Positions 42,201 through 54,261 of a DNA stretch of 64,000 nt are shown here, in pieces. The position numbers and the translations under genes are program-made. Source of the stretch: the human T2T-CHM13v2.0 reference genome, Homo sapiens; the NCBI RefSeq assembly GCF_009914755.1, contig NC_060931.1; one strand, written 5' to 3'. A model generated the notes under the pieces. It did not search any database. It saw nothing but the letters and a program-made list of their open reading frames with translations, and was not told the DNA's origin. Each line of letters begins with the position of its first letter. The stretch's first letter is position 1.

Positions 42201-44450
42201 ACTTTTGGCCTGTTATCCAGTAGAGAGAAAGTGACAGTGAAAGTAACGTGAGAGAGAAAGAGTGTGTGTGTATATGTGAGAGAGAGAAAGAAAGAGAAAG
42301 GAATGCTTGATTGCTTGTTGTTCACTGGGCCAGCTCTGAAATCCAAAATCATGCCTTGATAACATTACAAAACCGTGATCCTGGGTTTGAGTGAATCCTA
42401 GAGACATTGTTCTTATGGCCGCCTGGTTTCCGCAGCCTGATCACCATATCGAGCAGACGTCAAGGAATCAGAGTGAAGTACGGAGCCAGGGAGGGAGGTG
42501 AGGCCCCGTGTAGTGCCTGTCACCACTGTGGATTCACCTGCACTCAGGTGTCCACTCCTGTCTCCCAGGCCCAAAGCAGCACATGGTGCAATGGAAAAGT
42601 CTCTTATGTAGGGATCCTCCTTGTGTCCTGGTGCCAGAATTAGATTTCCAGTGTACTTCAACGAAAACCTCTCTCCTTTATAGTTGCTGTCATCTTTCAT
42701 GTATAAACAGAAACCGTCTCTAGCACAATATATTTCTGAATATTGTTTCTGTTTCATAAGAGCACAATGTACATGGACCTAGGGGAGCTGTGGTCCCAAG
42801 TGTCATTGGAATTTATATTTTAGGAATAGGCTTTGCATGTTAAAATTCACAAGTTGGGAAACTGGTATGAACAGATCTGATTTCTTACAGAGAGGCATGA
42901 AGGAATAGGCAGGACTTAACTTGGGGTGGGAGGAGATGAATAAGGGAGAATGGGAGAGTTGGGGTCTGACAGTTACCACCTGAGCCCCAGGAAAACTGTT
43001 TTCATTTTCACGGCTGTCTCACTGGGGGCCTGCTTTCCTCAAAGGAACTGACTGTATGTTGAGAGGCAATGCCTTGTGTTGGCATGGCTTTGCCACTTTA
43101 AAAGTGCCCCCCAGCCAAGGAGACCAACAGGAACCCTGCTCATCTGGTAGGGCTCTTTCCTTCAGTAAAACCAGCTGCCAGCCTGAGAAGCCTGTCTTTC
43201 CCAAATGCAGGCAGATCTGAGAGGGGCTCCAGGCACCCGGCAGGTAAATCACAAAGCAAACTTGGGTGTCCTTGGCAGCGGGGAGGAAGCAGGAGTGCCC
43301 CCTCAGGCCAGAGGGCAGGGCCAACCTCCTCACTGTGCTTCAAGGTTGTAGAAAGAGCACAATTAATGCTTAAGCGATCACAGACCCCTCTCCCCTGCAG
43401 TGGGTGTTAGCTCCAAAGAGATGCCATTGCTGATCACCCAGTCTTCGGAGAAGCCTAAAATTTCTTTGAATTAAAAACTGATCCTTTTTCATAAAGACCC
43501 AGTCACTTCTCCCAGTTTAGTGATAACAGGTATGACACAAGAAGCTGAAGTCTTTTAGATTTTATAGAGAGTAATTCTGAAACCTGCCAGAATGCTGGTA
43601 GCCTGTGGTGTCCATGGCAATGGGTGTCCATGGTAAAATATCTATAGCTTCTGCTCACTGGGCAAATATAAAAGACAACATATTATTTAACATAATATGT
43701 TGTCTTTTATATTTTTATTTAAATCTGGATTACGAAAATATAGTACCCATGAGCATTTCATGTTAGAAACCCCATTTAAAGCACTATAAGGCTGAATAGG
43801 CACAAGCGATTAAAAGTAGATGCCAGGCCACATAAAAATAAATGTTTTAATTTACTTAGAGCTGTATTCAAGTTGTTTGATACCAGACAGAAAGCTGACA
43901 GTCTGTTCTTTGTAAACTGCCTTTCCCTGTTTTTCTGTTTTGTTTTGTTTCTCAAGTTTCATTTTTTACTAAGCCCCTTCTGACACCTAGGCAGATAAAG
44001 ATAAGAGTAGTGCGCAGTACAAATGTCAGCTCTGAAGAGGAGGAAGTAAATCTTCAATGCTAGGGCAGATCTTCACTATCCGTGATCCAGTCTTAATTTG
44101 AGCATGAGAGCAAAATTTAGTCATCTACACAAGAAGCAAAAGCAAGGAATAGTTGTTGGGTTTTTGTTTTTTGGTTGTTGTTTTTTTTTTTTTTTAGGCA
44201 AGAAGTGTTGCCGGTAGGGTATGTGTGCTTTCTTTGCCTTCCTATTTCCTTTCAAAGAAATCTCTTGTAAATTACAAAACTGTGAATTGGGTTGCCAAAA
44301 ACTGTTGCCCTTCGTTAGATGCTTCAAACAGTGTAAATCCTATACTGCACCCTGTCCACCTCTGCTCCCTCCTCCCTCCCCTGAGAGTGAGGACCTCATC
44401 CGACCATGTAATTACCATTCGCTTGCTATTAAAGAGCCTTTCAAACTCTG
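39235..44450 (+). other. MTURN: MTURN long 3'UTR (~5.2 kb, almost repeat-free)
   Basis: Runs from the stop codon to the ATTAAA at 44428. AU-rich and essentially lacking Alu/L1. The end is inferred from the signal. Confidence 0.75.
43837..43842 (+). terminator. MTURN: Candidate alternative polyadenylation signal AATAAA
   Basis: Canonical hexamer with U/GU-rich sequence 50-110 nt downstream. Confidence 0.4.
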
Positions 44451-44475
44451 GTGGTGTTTGCCTCTTTTTTTCTGC
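44428..44475 (+). terminator. MTURN: Distal polyadenylation signal ATTAAA with downstream GU/U-rich element
   Basis: ATTAAA at 44428-44433, followed ~17 nt later by GGTGGTGTTTGCCTCTTTTTTT; TGTA motifs lie upstream. Confidence 0.7.
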
Positions 44476-47400
44476 CTCCACAATGTTTGGTCCCAAAGGA
44501 CACCTAATGTGGCTTATAAATGAAGAGCAAAGAGTAAAGGACCGGCAGCTCGCTGTGTGGTTGCTGTTTGTGAGGAGGCTGGGGGAAGAGAGGGAGGAGC
44601 TGGTAACATGAAACACTGCCATTGTTCAAAGATTAATCATTTCTGTGTGATGCATTCATATGTCTATTGTGATGCTATAACTGGTAGTTAGTAATTTTCT
44701 ACTTCTTTGAACCAATACTTTAGTTTTGTGTTTGAGAACCCTATTTTTTCTAGCCTACTTAGGAATTCTTTTTGGCATTAATTAGAAATCTGTATTCTGT
44801 GGTCATTCTATGACATGACACCATGTCTCCACCACCTTCCTCCCGGTTATTTATTCACCAAACATGGCATTTAAATAACTCATCTGGAAGTTGATGGTAA
44901 GTTCTGTTATTTGATTAAGAGCCAGTTTCTTTCTCCAAATGAATGGGTCTCCATAGAGAGACCCATTAGATTCGATTAGATTTGAGTTTTGCTTTACAGG
45001 CACAGCATAAAGGCTTGTGTGTATGTTAGATAGTGTGTGGTCCTTTGTTTTCGATGTGGCTGTTAGAGATTGTACTCAAGTGGTGAGCTCTGTGTCAGCA
45101 GTCCCAACCCTGCTCGTGGTGCAGCAGCGGGGGCAGGCGAAGTCTTACTTATGGACTTCCTTTGTTACAGTTATTGTATCCGTCTCACAGATAGAGTTTA
45201 TAAAATGCAGGTTGGCCCCTTTAAGTGCGGGCACTGGTGTTAAAAATACCCACATTTCCCCCGTGTAATCATTCTGAAATCAGTGGCTGAGGGCAAGAGG
45301 TTCTAGCCCAGACTCCTCCTGGGCTGACTGTGGCCCTAGGCATGTCCCCTCCCCACCCCACCGACTTCCGGCTTTGTTTCCTCATCTGTAAAAATAAAGA
45401 GTGGGAGACTTGTCCCCGAGTTCCCTTTGGGCACTAGCCCTGACTTGTCTAGGGGAGTCAGGAGTCGGTAGAGAGGACATGAAGCACAGTTGTAATGGAA
45501 ACACTCACAGAACCAGGGTGGGGCGGCCAGGATTGGCAAAACTGTCCTGGGATTCTGAAGCTCTTTCCCCTAGGATCCCTTTTAGAATTGAAGACGCCAG
45601 TTGATATCGTGGCTGTGTGTTAGCCCAAATGCTTATGTCCCTGCGTGTTTTCTCCTGCCTTTCCACACCTTCCTTCCCTTCGTGAAAGTAATAAGGAGTC
45701 AGAACTACAACAAAGTAAAATTGGGGTGTTCAGCTTAGGGATGTAATCAACAGTCTCACTCCCTTTAGAAATGAGCCTCGTTTCCATAGTGAAGTTGGGC
45801 CGAGTGGGATCCTCCATTGTCATAGAGTTCTTTGTGTACAGGTTTGGGTTGAAGGACAACAAAATAAACAGAACCAGACCCACCACCCAGCATTTGGACG
45901 CCACGCCGGGGCTGGACAAAGTGGACTTGCTGTCCGTGTACCTGAGTGTCAGGGTGGTTTTGCCCTGTGCCCTGCCAAATCAGAGTGAATGAACATTCCT
46001 GTCTCTGTTTAGCAGACTTGGCCCTTTGGAAACTCAAGAAATGCATCCTGAAAAAGCTGGCACTGTGCTTTCCTCTTAGGACCACAATAGGCAAAAAAAA
46101 AAAAAACAAAAAACTGAAGTACTTTCCCTATCTCTAACCCTCCTTTTTTCCTTTTTGGAGTAAACAATGGCATTTGTAATGATCTGGGCAAGTTTTAATT
46201 AGGCAGTCAAGGAACAAGGTAGGCATTTTTTTAGGGATCATTTAAAGTAACATATTTTATCCTTATTTTGTTGGGAAATAGGGCAACAATGTACAGTGTA
46301 AAAACCAGCAGTAAAATTAAGTTGGCCCTTTCGGATGCTTTTTAATTAGAAGCCTCTAGAGGTCAGCACCACATAAAGAAAGGGCTTTTGAGTTCAGGGT
46401 GATCATGATGCCCATCTCCTTGTGGAGCTTTTGGAAAGGAGGGTTGGTGAATGTCCAGGCTGGGGAAAGAGAAGTGAAGAGCCGCCTTCTTTATACATAA
46501 ACCCTAACATTTGACTGGGTTGTTTTTTTCCCTGCTCACCCATCTTTGCAGCTCCCACACCCCTGCGTCACACACTGTCAGTTCGATAAACATGACTTAT
46601 TGACCGGTCGATGAAGTGTGCCATTTAGCTCATGCTGAGAAGGGCTGGGGAAATGCCGAAGATGAGATGGAAGGCACATTGCATTTTGCTTGGAGCAAGG
46701 TGGGAGGATGCTGGGTGTTCCAAGGCCTTTCAAAATATTTGTTAGCCCGTAGCCTGTTAAACTCTGCAACTTCCAGTGGAACATCAGGGAACACAGGTTT
46801 CTACCTAGAATCCATATCTGGCTCCCTGAAGCCTGCACAGATCAGGGGTGGGCTGGGGGAGGATTTGAGCATCTTCAGGAGGTCTGGCCAGAACTGAGAT
46901 AGTTGGGAGCCCCTAAAAACTTGCAGACATACCTGTGGATCCCCGAAGTACAAGACCCAAGAGCACTGTGCAGTGATGGCCACAGGCTTCATAGACCACC
47001 GGAATTCAAGTCCAAAACGACAGGCAGCCTTGGGAGGCCACAGAGGCTCCTGGTGTTGCCCCGGGGTTTCATTTTGGCCCAACAAGGAACAGGAAGGGGA
47101 AACAATACAAAGGCTTTCCTCCCTTCTCTTTCCCTTGCCCCTTCTGTTCAGGGTTTACTGTTCCTGTCTACTAAGGAAGGCTTGACCCATAACACAAATA
47201 GTATTGACAATTACTCTGCTGGGTGATTAGATGAGCCTTGGACCCTGAGGTTCTTTCACTCACTGAGAAGATACATTGGTGGAAAGGACAACAAATATGT
47301 CACAGGCACGATGGAAGCCCAGTCTTAACATCTTAGCACTTAGTGGCATAACAGCGATTTCACTAGTACTATTAGATTTCAAAATGCTGAGTTTGGATCC

Positions 47401-47529
47401 TCGTGAGTATGGGCTGTATTCTTTGCAAGTATGGAACAGTCTGATTCTGATGACTTTTCAGTTGTTTTGTCATGAAGCCAACAGTGCTGAGTAAATATGC
47501 CCCACCTGTGTGTGCTATTACATATAAAA

Positions 47530-47780
47530 ATTTTTTTGTAACAAACTTTTATGTAGTCCTTGCTAAGTGCCACACACTGTACTAAGTTTCTTTTAACTCA
47601 TTTAATCCCTCCAACAATCCTACAAGGTAGATATTATGGTTGATATTCTCTTTTTACAGATGAGGAAACTGAGGCACAGAGAATCTAAGTAACTCTCACA
47701 AGATCACACAGCTAGTAAGTGCCAGAGCTGGGATTTGGACCCAGGCAGTTTGGTTTCAGAACTCTTAACTACTCTGCTGA
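47530..47780 (-). mobile_element. MIR
   Basis: ttttacagatgaggaaactgaggcacagag...cacacagctagtaagt core. Similar MIR fragments occur at ~950, 4870, 11400, 14300, 18400, 20900, 21180, 22680, 31700, 35200, 59550, 60850 and 61750. Confidence 0.85.
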
Positions 47781-49424
47781 ATAATGAATGTCGTGGGTGT
47801 TGGTCTTACATTTACTGAAATCTATGATTTTTTTTCACACCACAGCACAGAGGCCCTGCCTGCCCGTATACTTCACGCAGTGCATGCTGCTAATATCCAT
47901 GGTTGCCTGGGAACAGATGGAGTGAAGAGAGCATTTCCCTAGCTATTTGCCTTGCCTGTGGGCAGGTTGGCCGCGCAGGGTGGTTTAGGATAATAGCAGA
48001 CACATTTTTTTTCTGGTATCCATGTACTTACAAAGATTTTTGAAAGTGACTGGAAGAACCGGGGCGACAAGTTTATAAAACAGGATCCTCAGATGGGGGC
48101 AGGGCTGGGGAAACAACCAATTGGCTTTCCATTCTGTACCCTTCTTTCTAGACCTTGTTCCCTGAGGAGCTCTTTACAAGGGTGTTACAGACTCCTCTAA
48201 GTGTCTCCCTCCTCATAGCGAAAGGGCTTTTACTCAGAGTTACCTTGAAGCAACCAGCAGCAGAAATGCATTGTCTAGTCAAGAGGAGGCCTGGGAGCAA
48301 GAAGAAAGCTCTCTTCGTCTGCTGATGTGTGGTAACATGCCATTGAGTCACCATCCCACACCAAGGGTTCCAGTCTGTGGCCCTACCCCTCAGCCATCCA
48401 AATACATTTCTAGCCTGCCTTCCTGCTCCACGCAGAGGCAGCGTGCACAAACACCCTCAATACCACCGCCACTGCTGGATGACTGTCGTGCTATTGTGCA
48501 GAAGGAATAAGTGCAAATCTGAGACCCCATTTCAAAGGCAAACACAATTCACTTTTGAGCTCATCGGGTTGTTTGGATCATCTCTGCCACGATTTTCTCC
48601 ATTCCTATGGGAAAGAAAAGCTGGCCAGATCAGTATCCCATAAGAAATGCAGGCACTCCAAATCTGCTGTTCTTGCTTCTAAGATTCTGAGTGCTATCAC
48701 ATGGTTCCCGAATGACAGGCTCCAGGTCCTGCCATGGGAGAGTGGGCTTGCTGGTGAGTGGCTACAGGGAGAAGGTGCTAAACCTCAGGAGCAGCACTTT
48801 TGTGTTTTCCAAATGATGCACGGATGAGAGAAAGGAACGCAGGAAAGGTGAGTCAAAAACAAACCTTTGGAAATACAAAAATAAGGAGCATAGAGCTGCA
48901 CAGGTTTGAAAAGAGGAGGAGGCAGTGTCATGTGTAAATGCATGTTGGGTTTCTGGATCTGATGCGTGCCTTCCTGCATGACTTTGGTCATTTAGATGTT
49001 TAGTTTCTTCTACTCAGGAATGTTAGGGGGCATTTTGAGCCTGGGGCTACAAGAGGCTAAAAAAAACTACAAACTGTTGTGCAGAATCAACTTTGGAATG
49101 GATCTGGAAAGTCAGAATTTAAAAATTTTACTTCAGTATTCCCTAAAGTCAGAAATGTAAATCCAGTAACGGGAAAGGACATGAAATGTACAGTCCCCCC
49201 TCAAGTCTCACTCTGGGTGATGCCACTCTGGGTGGATGCTTTCACCTCATCAGATGCATCTGGGAGAGCTGGCCCGGGTCTGTCTGTCCCACCGGACCCC
49301 ACGCTCCCCCCCTTCTCTCCTCTCCCACCTTGCCTGATGTGGAGCACTTTGTAATAAAGAGGTTCATTCCCTGAATTTAATATGGGGTGTCATCAAGGCC
49401 TTTACTAGACAAGAAGCATGTCCT

Positions 49425-49750
49425 CTCCTTCCCAGCAGCGATGACCTCCCCACAAGAACATGCCTCTCGCCGAGGTCTTCATCCCTCTCCAGAAAAGGAG
49501 ACCCAAGCAGCAGCACCCAGGGCAGAGCCTCCGTTCCTACTTCATGGATGTGAAATACCCAGGATGCTACAAAATCACCATGGTCTTCAGTCACAAACGT
49601 GTGTTGGCCGCGCCACCATCCTCTCTCTGCCAGCGCACAGGAGGAAAAGCAAGACCCACAGAAGGACGTTCCTGTAGGAGGAAGCAGCACAGAAAGCACT
49701 CTAAGGGAAGAAGAATGAGATACCATCCCCATACACACATTCTGGGAAAT
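49425..49750 (+). pseudogene. Processed pseudogene of ribosomal protein S27 (RPS27 family)
   Basis: ATG at 49460 reads MPLA...[20 protein letters not shown]...[22 protein letters not shown], matching RPS27 ([20 protein letters not shown]...[22 protein letters not shown]) with indels. Intronless, with RPS27-like UTR remnants and degenerate TSD-like flanks (aagcatgtcct / aaacatgccct). Confidence 0.92.
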
Positions 49751-52700
49751 ACAAAACATGCCCTTCATATTTCCAAGTGGCCTTAGTTTTCAAACTGTAC
49801 TCAGAGAAAAATCCCCATCTGAAAAATGACTCTTGTTGAGCCCGCATTGTTTGCCAGCTGGCTTTCCATGGCAGCTCTGGCTGGAGAGAACCCTGGATGC
49901 TTAAGCAGTCCTTTTCCTTCCTCCTGTTAGGATGATGTGTGGGAGAGTGAGGAAGAGGGAGTCAAAAAAGGGAAAGGGATGAATGAAGTCATCTCAACGC
50001 ACATGGATTGTTTCTTTGGTGTTTTGTGGAGATTTCACTCCAGGGGCCTCGGGCCAACCAGTTTACTTGGGTAGAAGCATACGTTGCTCACCTGGCCAAG
50101 TTTTCTCAGTGGAAGATGGCTTAGCCATTCTTTGCCACGCTTACTTTTGGTCCTGTATATGTAAAGTTGACCAAAACCCTCACAAGGGCCATGATCCGAT
50201 CTGCTTTCTCCCATCGTCTGCTACTCTCCTGCCTATCTCGCATCCCCAGGCTAAAACTGGTGGTTTGGCTGAGGAGTGGGTTATGCTTCATGGTACAGCT
50301 AAAGTTATCCTGATCTCTCTTGATATCCCCTTCCTTCAAAGACTCTGTTTCCGACCCTGGCCAGCTCCCAAATAGCTCCTGTAATTGGTTACAAGCAAGG
50401 CTAAGTGAGATAGTGATTTGATTCTGGAAGCACAAACCAGTGCCTCCCTGGTGGGTAGGAAGCATCTTCTCCATGTTCACCTCACAAGCTTTTGAAAAAA
50501 ACCTGTCATTCAGAAGCAAGCCAAAACTGTCATCTCGCTCGATGCTAATGAACTCATCAAATCCATTCGCAGGGTTTCGGCTCTTCAGAACTCTGGCCAA
50601 GCCTTTGCTTAGCACATGAAAGAATATTCCCTGGGGTGCTTTTCAAACCCTAATTTGACCCCATACCTCTAAACTGTGGAAGAACACAGACACAATTGGC
50701 CACATGCTCTTGAAAAATTCAATCTGAAAGCTAGTGTTGGTGACTACAGACAGGATTTTGATAAAAGTAAAACACCGAGCCGGGTATGCTGCTTGCCGCT
50801 AGGAGTTTGTCTCCCTGGAGGACAGTCCTGCCTGCCCACTGCTGAGGAAGAGCATTCCATATGTGGAGTGGACAGGGAAGCTCCTGGGAAATACAGTGAC
50901 CTTGGCCTCTTAATCCATCAACAAAATAATGGCACTTTTATGAGAACTCTAGAAATAGAACTTTTCATCCGGCACCATCTTATGGTACGCTTTGGAGCAG
51001 TGATGTCACCAAGGAGACAGAAACTAGGGAATTCATCCTCTTGGGCCGGGTGACTAATCCTGTTTCCCAACCTCAGAACATTTGCTGATATCATCCATCT
51101 TCCCGAAACCACACCAGCCTGGGGGTAAGAAGAGAGTGACATCAACTCACAAATTCACATTTCTGTGACTGTAACGCGTACTTTGGGGATTCCCAGCCCT
51201 TCTCGTATTCCTCCCAAATATTCCGGGAGGTGGTCCTAGGGGGCTGACTCGTGTGCTTCCCAAGTTCATCTTCTGTGGCACCGGGTGTTCTCCCTGGCTT
51301 TAGTGCACAGCCTCTCTTCTGATGCTGCAGAACCCCATAATGGCAGTGGGTTTGCCAGAGCCCACAGAGGGGCACAAGGTCACCCACCAGAGGAGCCCAC
51401 TTTCCTGCCACTACCCACCAGTGTTTACCCTGAGGCTGCCAGCATGAGGCAGTGAGGACCTGGGTGTGTGGTCCAGGGTGCTGTTGCCAGTGACCACAGA
51501 GAGTGCCACACCAATGAGCAATGAGTGATGCCCCAGTGACAGCTCTCTCCATTTTTATTCATCTTTCATTCCAGCCACTCACCGAAGGGGCATGAGTCCA
51601 AACAGTTGGACATTGCTCTGAGTAACAGAGCCAGAATCTCCTTTTCATCCAGCCTTGCCATTGTCACCCATGAACCCAGTTTGTGAGCTTGACATGTTTT
51701 TCTTAGGATGAGCTCTGCCCACTGAGGCTCCTTGGGTCCTCCTGTAAGGAAGCTCCTGGCAGATCCAACCTCCTGACATACCAATATGTCCAGAAACAAC
51801 ATTAGCTGGGTCTTGCCATCCCCCTGAAATAGGGTGGGTAATTCCTTTGGGTGGCCCTAAGGTGCTGAGTGGAGGGGATTTAGCCAGGGCAGAGGAATGC
51901 TAAAGTCCCGAAAGTCTCCCTTCCCACACAGAAGTACTTTGGTGAGGAGGCTGTGGGTGAGGTGACTCTCTACACCTATGAAAGCTCTTTTGCTTAGGGT
52001 TGACCATTAAAAAGTGATTTCTTGACCCTCAGGGTAACAAAAGCCTGGCCCACCAATCAAGCCAGCAAGTTTCAAACTTTAAGGCTCCTAAGAATCACCT
52101 GGTGGTGGGGCCAGAGCGGAGGGTTGGTGCTGTGAAACATGCAGATTCTTGGGCTGCGCTCCAGAATCTGGAGACAGAATCTGGACACAGGAAGCTGCAA
52201 GTTTACAAATACTCCAGGTTTACAGTTTACAAATATGTCAGGCCGTCCTCATGTAGGTGGTTCATGGACCACACTTTAAGAAACTCTGGGTTGAGCCGGC
52301 CTCCAGGCTCACCATGTCATTCACTATGTCTACAGGGAGCCAAGATTCATCACAACGTGACTGGGTGCCAGGAGCTGGGCAAAATTCCTTCCTGATCCTA
52401 ACACATCTCATTCTATAAAAATAAAATCCTTGTACAGATGCCACAGTGATCTCCATTAACATCTCAAAACTTGGGGAAAAAAAAGTCTCTCTTCTAAGCT
52501 CACATGGTGACAGAGCTGGGGGCAGCTAGTTGTGCCTGACTCCAAAGCATGGTCTCTCATCATAGGATGTCACATTGCTTCTGTGACATTTAGGGGATAT
52601 GAATGAGCAGAGGCCAAGTTGTATTTGGCTGCATGCTTGATTGCGTAGAAAAATGACGACACTACCCTTGGTACATCTATTGGCCCCAACAGGAAGGAGA

Positions 52701-53880
52701 TGAAAGTATTGCAAAGGGAACAGTGAGCCTAGACTGAATCAGAGGACTCCCAGAAATTCGCTGCACTCTCATGATATAATTATGCCATCAGGTTGGCCAG
52801 TTGAGGATTACACTTCAGAAGAAGGCAGATGTCATTATCTAAATAGGCCATTCTGTACTCATTTCTTTGTTTGCTTGTTTCTTGTCAGTCCATCCACTGG
52901 ATCATAAACCTAATGAAGGCAAAGCTCTGTTTGTCCTGTTCTTCACAGAATCCCCAGTGTTTAGCACAGTCCTGGCCTTCTAGAAACCTTTGTCGAATGA
53001 ATGAATGCATGGGTCATGGGGAGATGAAAGGCAGTGTTACTCTTTCTCTGGGGGGACATGGGAAGGCTGCTTCACTCTCAGATCAGTGCACTCTCATTCA
53101 TGTGTTGAGTGGCAGGTGCTGGAAGTCAGAGCATCTGAAATGCAAGCTCCTGTGCCCCTTCCCTGGACCTCAGGTCTCCAACATTGGGGCATGTGGTTGG
53201 TAAGTCTCTGAGATTCTCAGGTATATCAGGGAATAGGAACTGGAGGGGGTGGATGGTACAGGTCTCTGTGCCCCCACCCCATGATCCCTAGATGACCATC
53301 CAGAAAGTGTCATCAGCCAATTGGAAAGTCATGAAGCAGACACAGCCCTAGACTATTCTAGTGGGAAGGCAAGAACATGTGCTGTGTCCCCGCCTGCTTT
53401 CCAACCTAAGGTAGAGGCTGTCCCAGGCACAAGAGCACTTTCAGGTCACTGGTGTAGCTTTTCCAAGGCTGCCTGCCTCTGCACCATCTCTGGGAAGATT
53501 CCGAAACTGCCCCATTCCAGTGGGGTGGCCTAGGGGCAGAAAAATGCTCCATGTGCCTCCCAGGCAGAGGTGGGAGCTTGGGGTGGCATTTCTTTAATGA
53601 AGTCACCTAGGTTTTCACATCTAGAACTGTGGACATCCAGGCTCCTGCTCACTGCTCTGAGTCACCGGAAGCCTGGAATGATGAGGCTTTTTTTCAAACA
53701 CTATCTAAGAATCTTTGATGAATCCTCATCATCTGCCATCAGGCACCACGATTTCATGATCCCCAAAGGAGTAGGGCAGGTTCCTGAAGATCTCCCGGGG
53801 TCGGTCCACTGGCGCTGGGCCACTGACTCCATGGAAGTGGTTGGTGCAGCTGGCCTTCGAGACTCTGTGCCTTCAGAACC

Positions 53881-54261
53881 TCATATAGTCTGGCTGTGTC
53901 CCCCACCCAAAATTTCATCTTGAATTGTAATTCCCATAATCCCCATAATCCTTAAGTGCCAAGGGCGAGACCAGGGGGAGGTAATTGGATCATGGGGGCG
54001 GCCCCCCTGTGCAGTTCTCATGATAAGTGAGTCTCATGAGATCTGATGGTTTTATAAGCATCTGGCATTTCCACTGCTGGCACTCACTCTGTCCTGCTGC
54101 CCTGTGAAGAAGGTGCCTGCCTTTCCTTTGCCTTCTGCCATGGTTGTTAAGTTTCCTGAGGCCTCCCCAGTAAGTGGAACTGTGAGCCAATTAAATCTCT
54201 TTCCTTCATACATTACCCAGTCTCAGGTATTTATTCATAGCAGTGAGAACTGACTAATACA
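53881..54261 (+). mobile_element. THE1 solo LTR (THE1D-like)
   Basis: ggctgtgtcccc...aattcccataatccccataatc...gactaataca; near-TSD gaacc/aaacc. Confidence 0.88.

Larger units (their letters stand above)
45620..51741 (-). pseudogene. Candidate degenerate multi-exon pseudogene of an unidentified protein (exon-like segments 51741-51583, 51324-51151, 51118-50145, 48604-48244, 47049-46933, 46832-46601, 45941-45620)
   Basis: Mostly canonical GT donors and AG acceptors on the - strand with compatible phases. The chain links an open 159-nt exon, a 164-aa ORF and a terminal ORF with a hydrophobic segment; scattered in-frame stops. No homolog recognised. Confidence 0.5.

Noticed and set aside
49460-49786. 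108-aa ORF as a functional RPS27 retrogene
   Set aside because: Zinc-finger cysteines are lost, there are indels and frameshifted segments, and the native stop is mutated; treated as a pseudogene.
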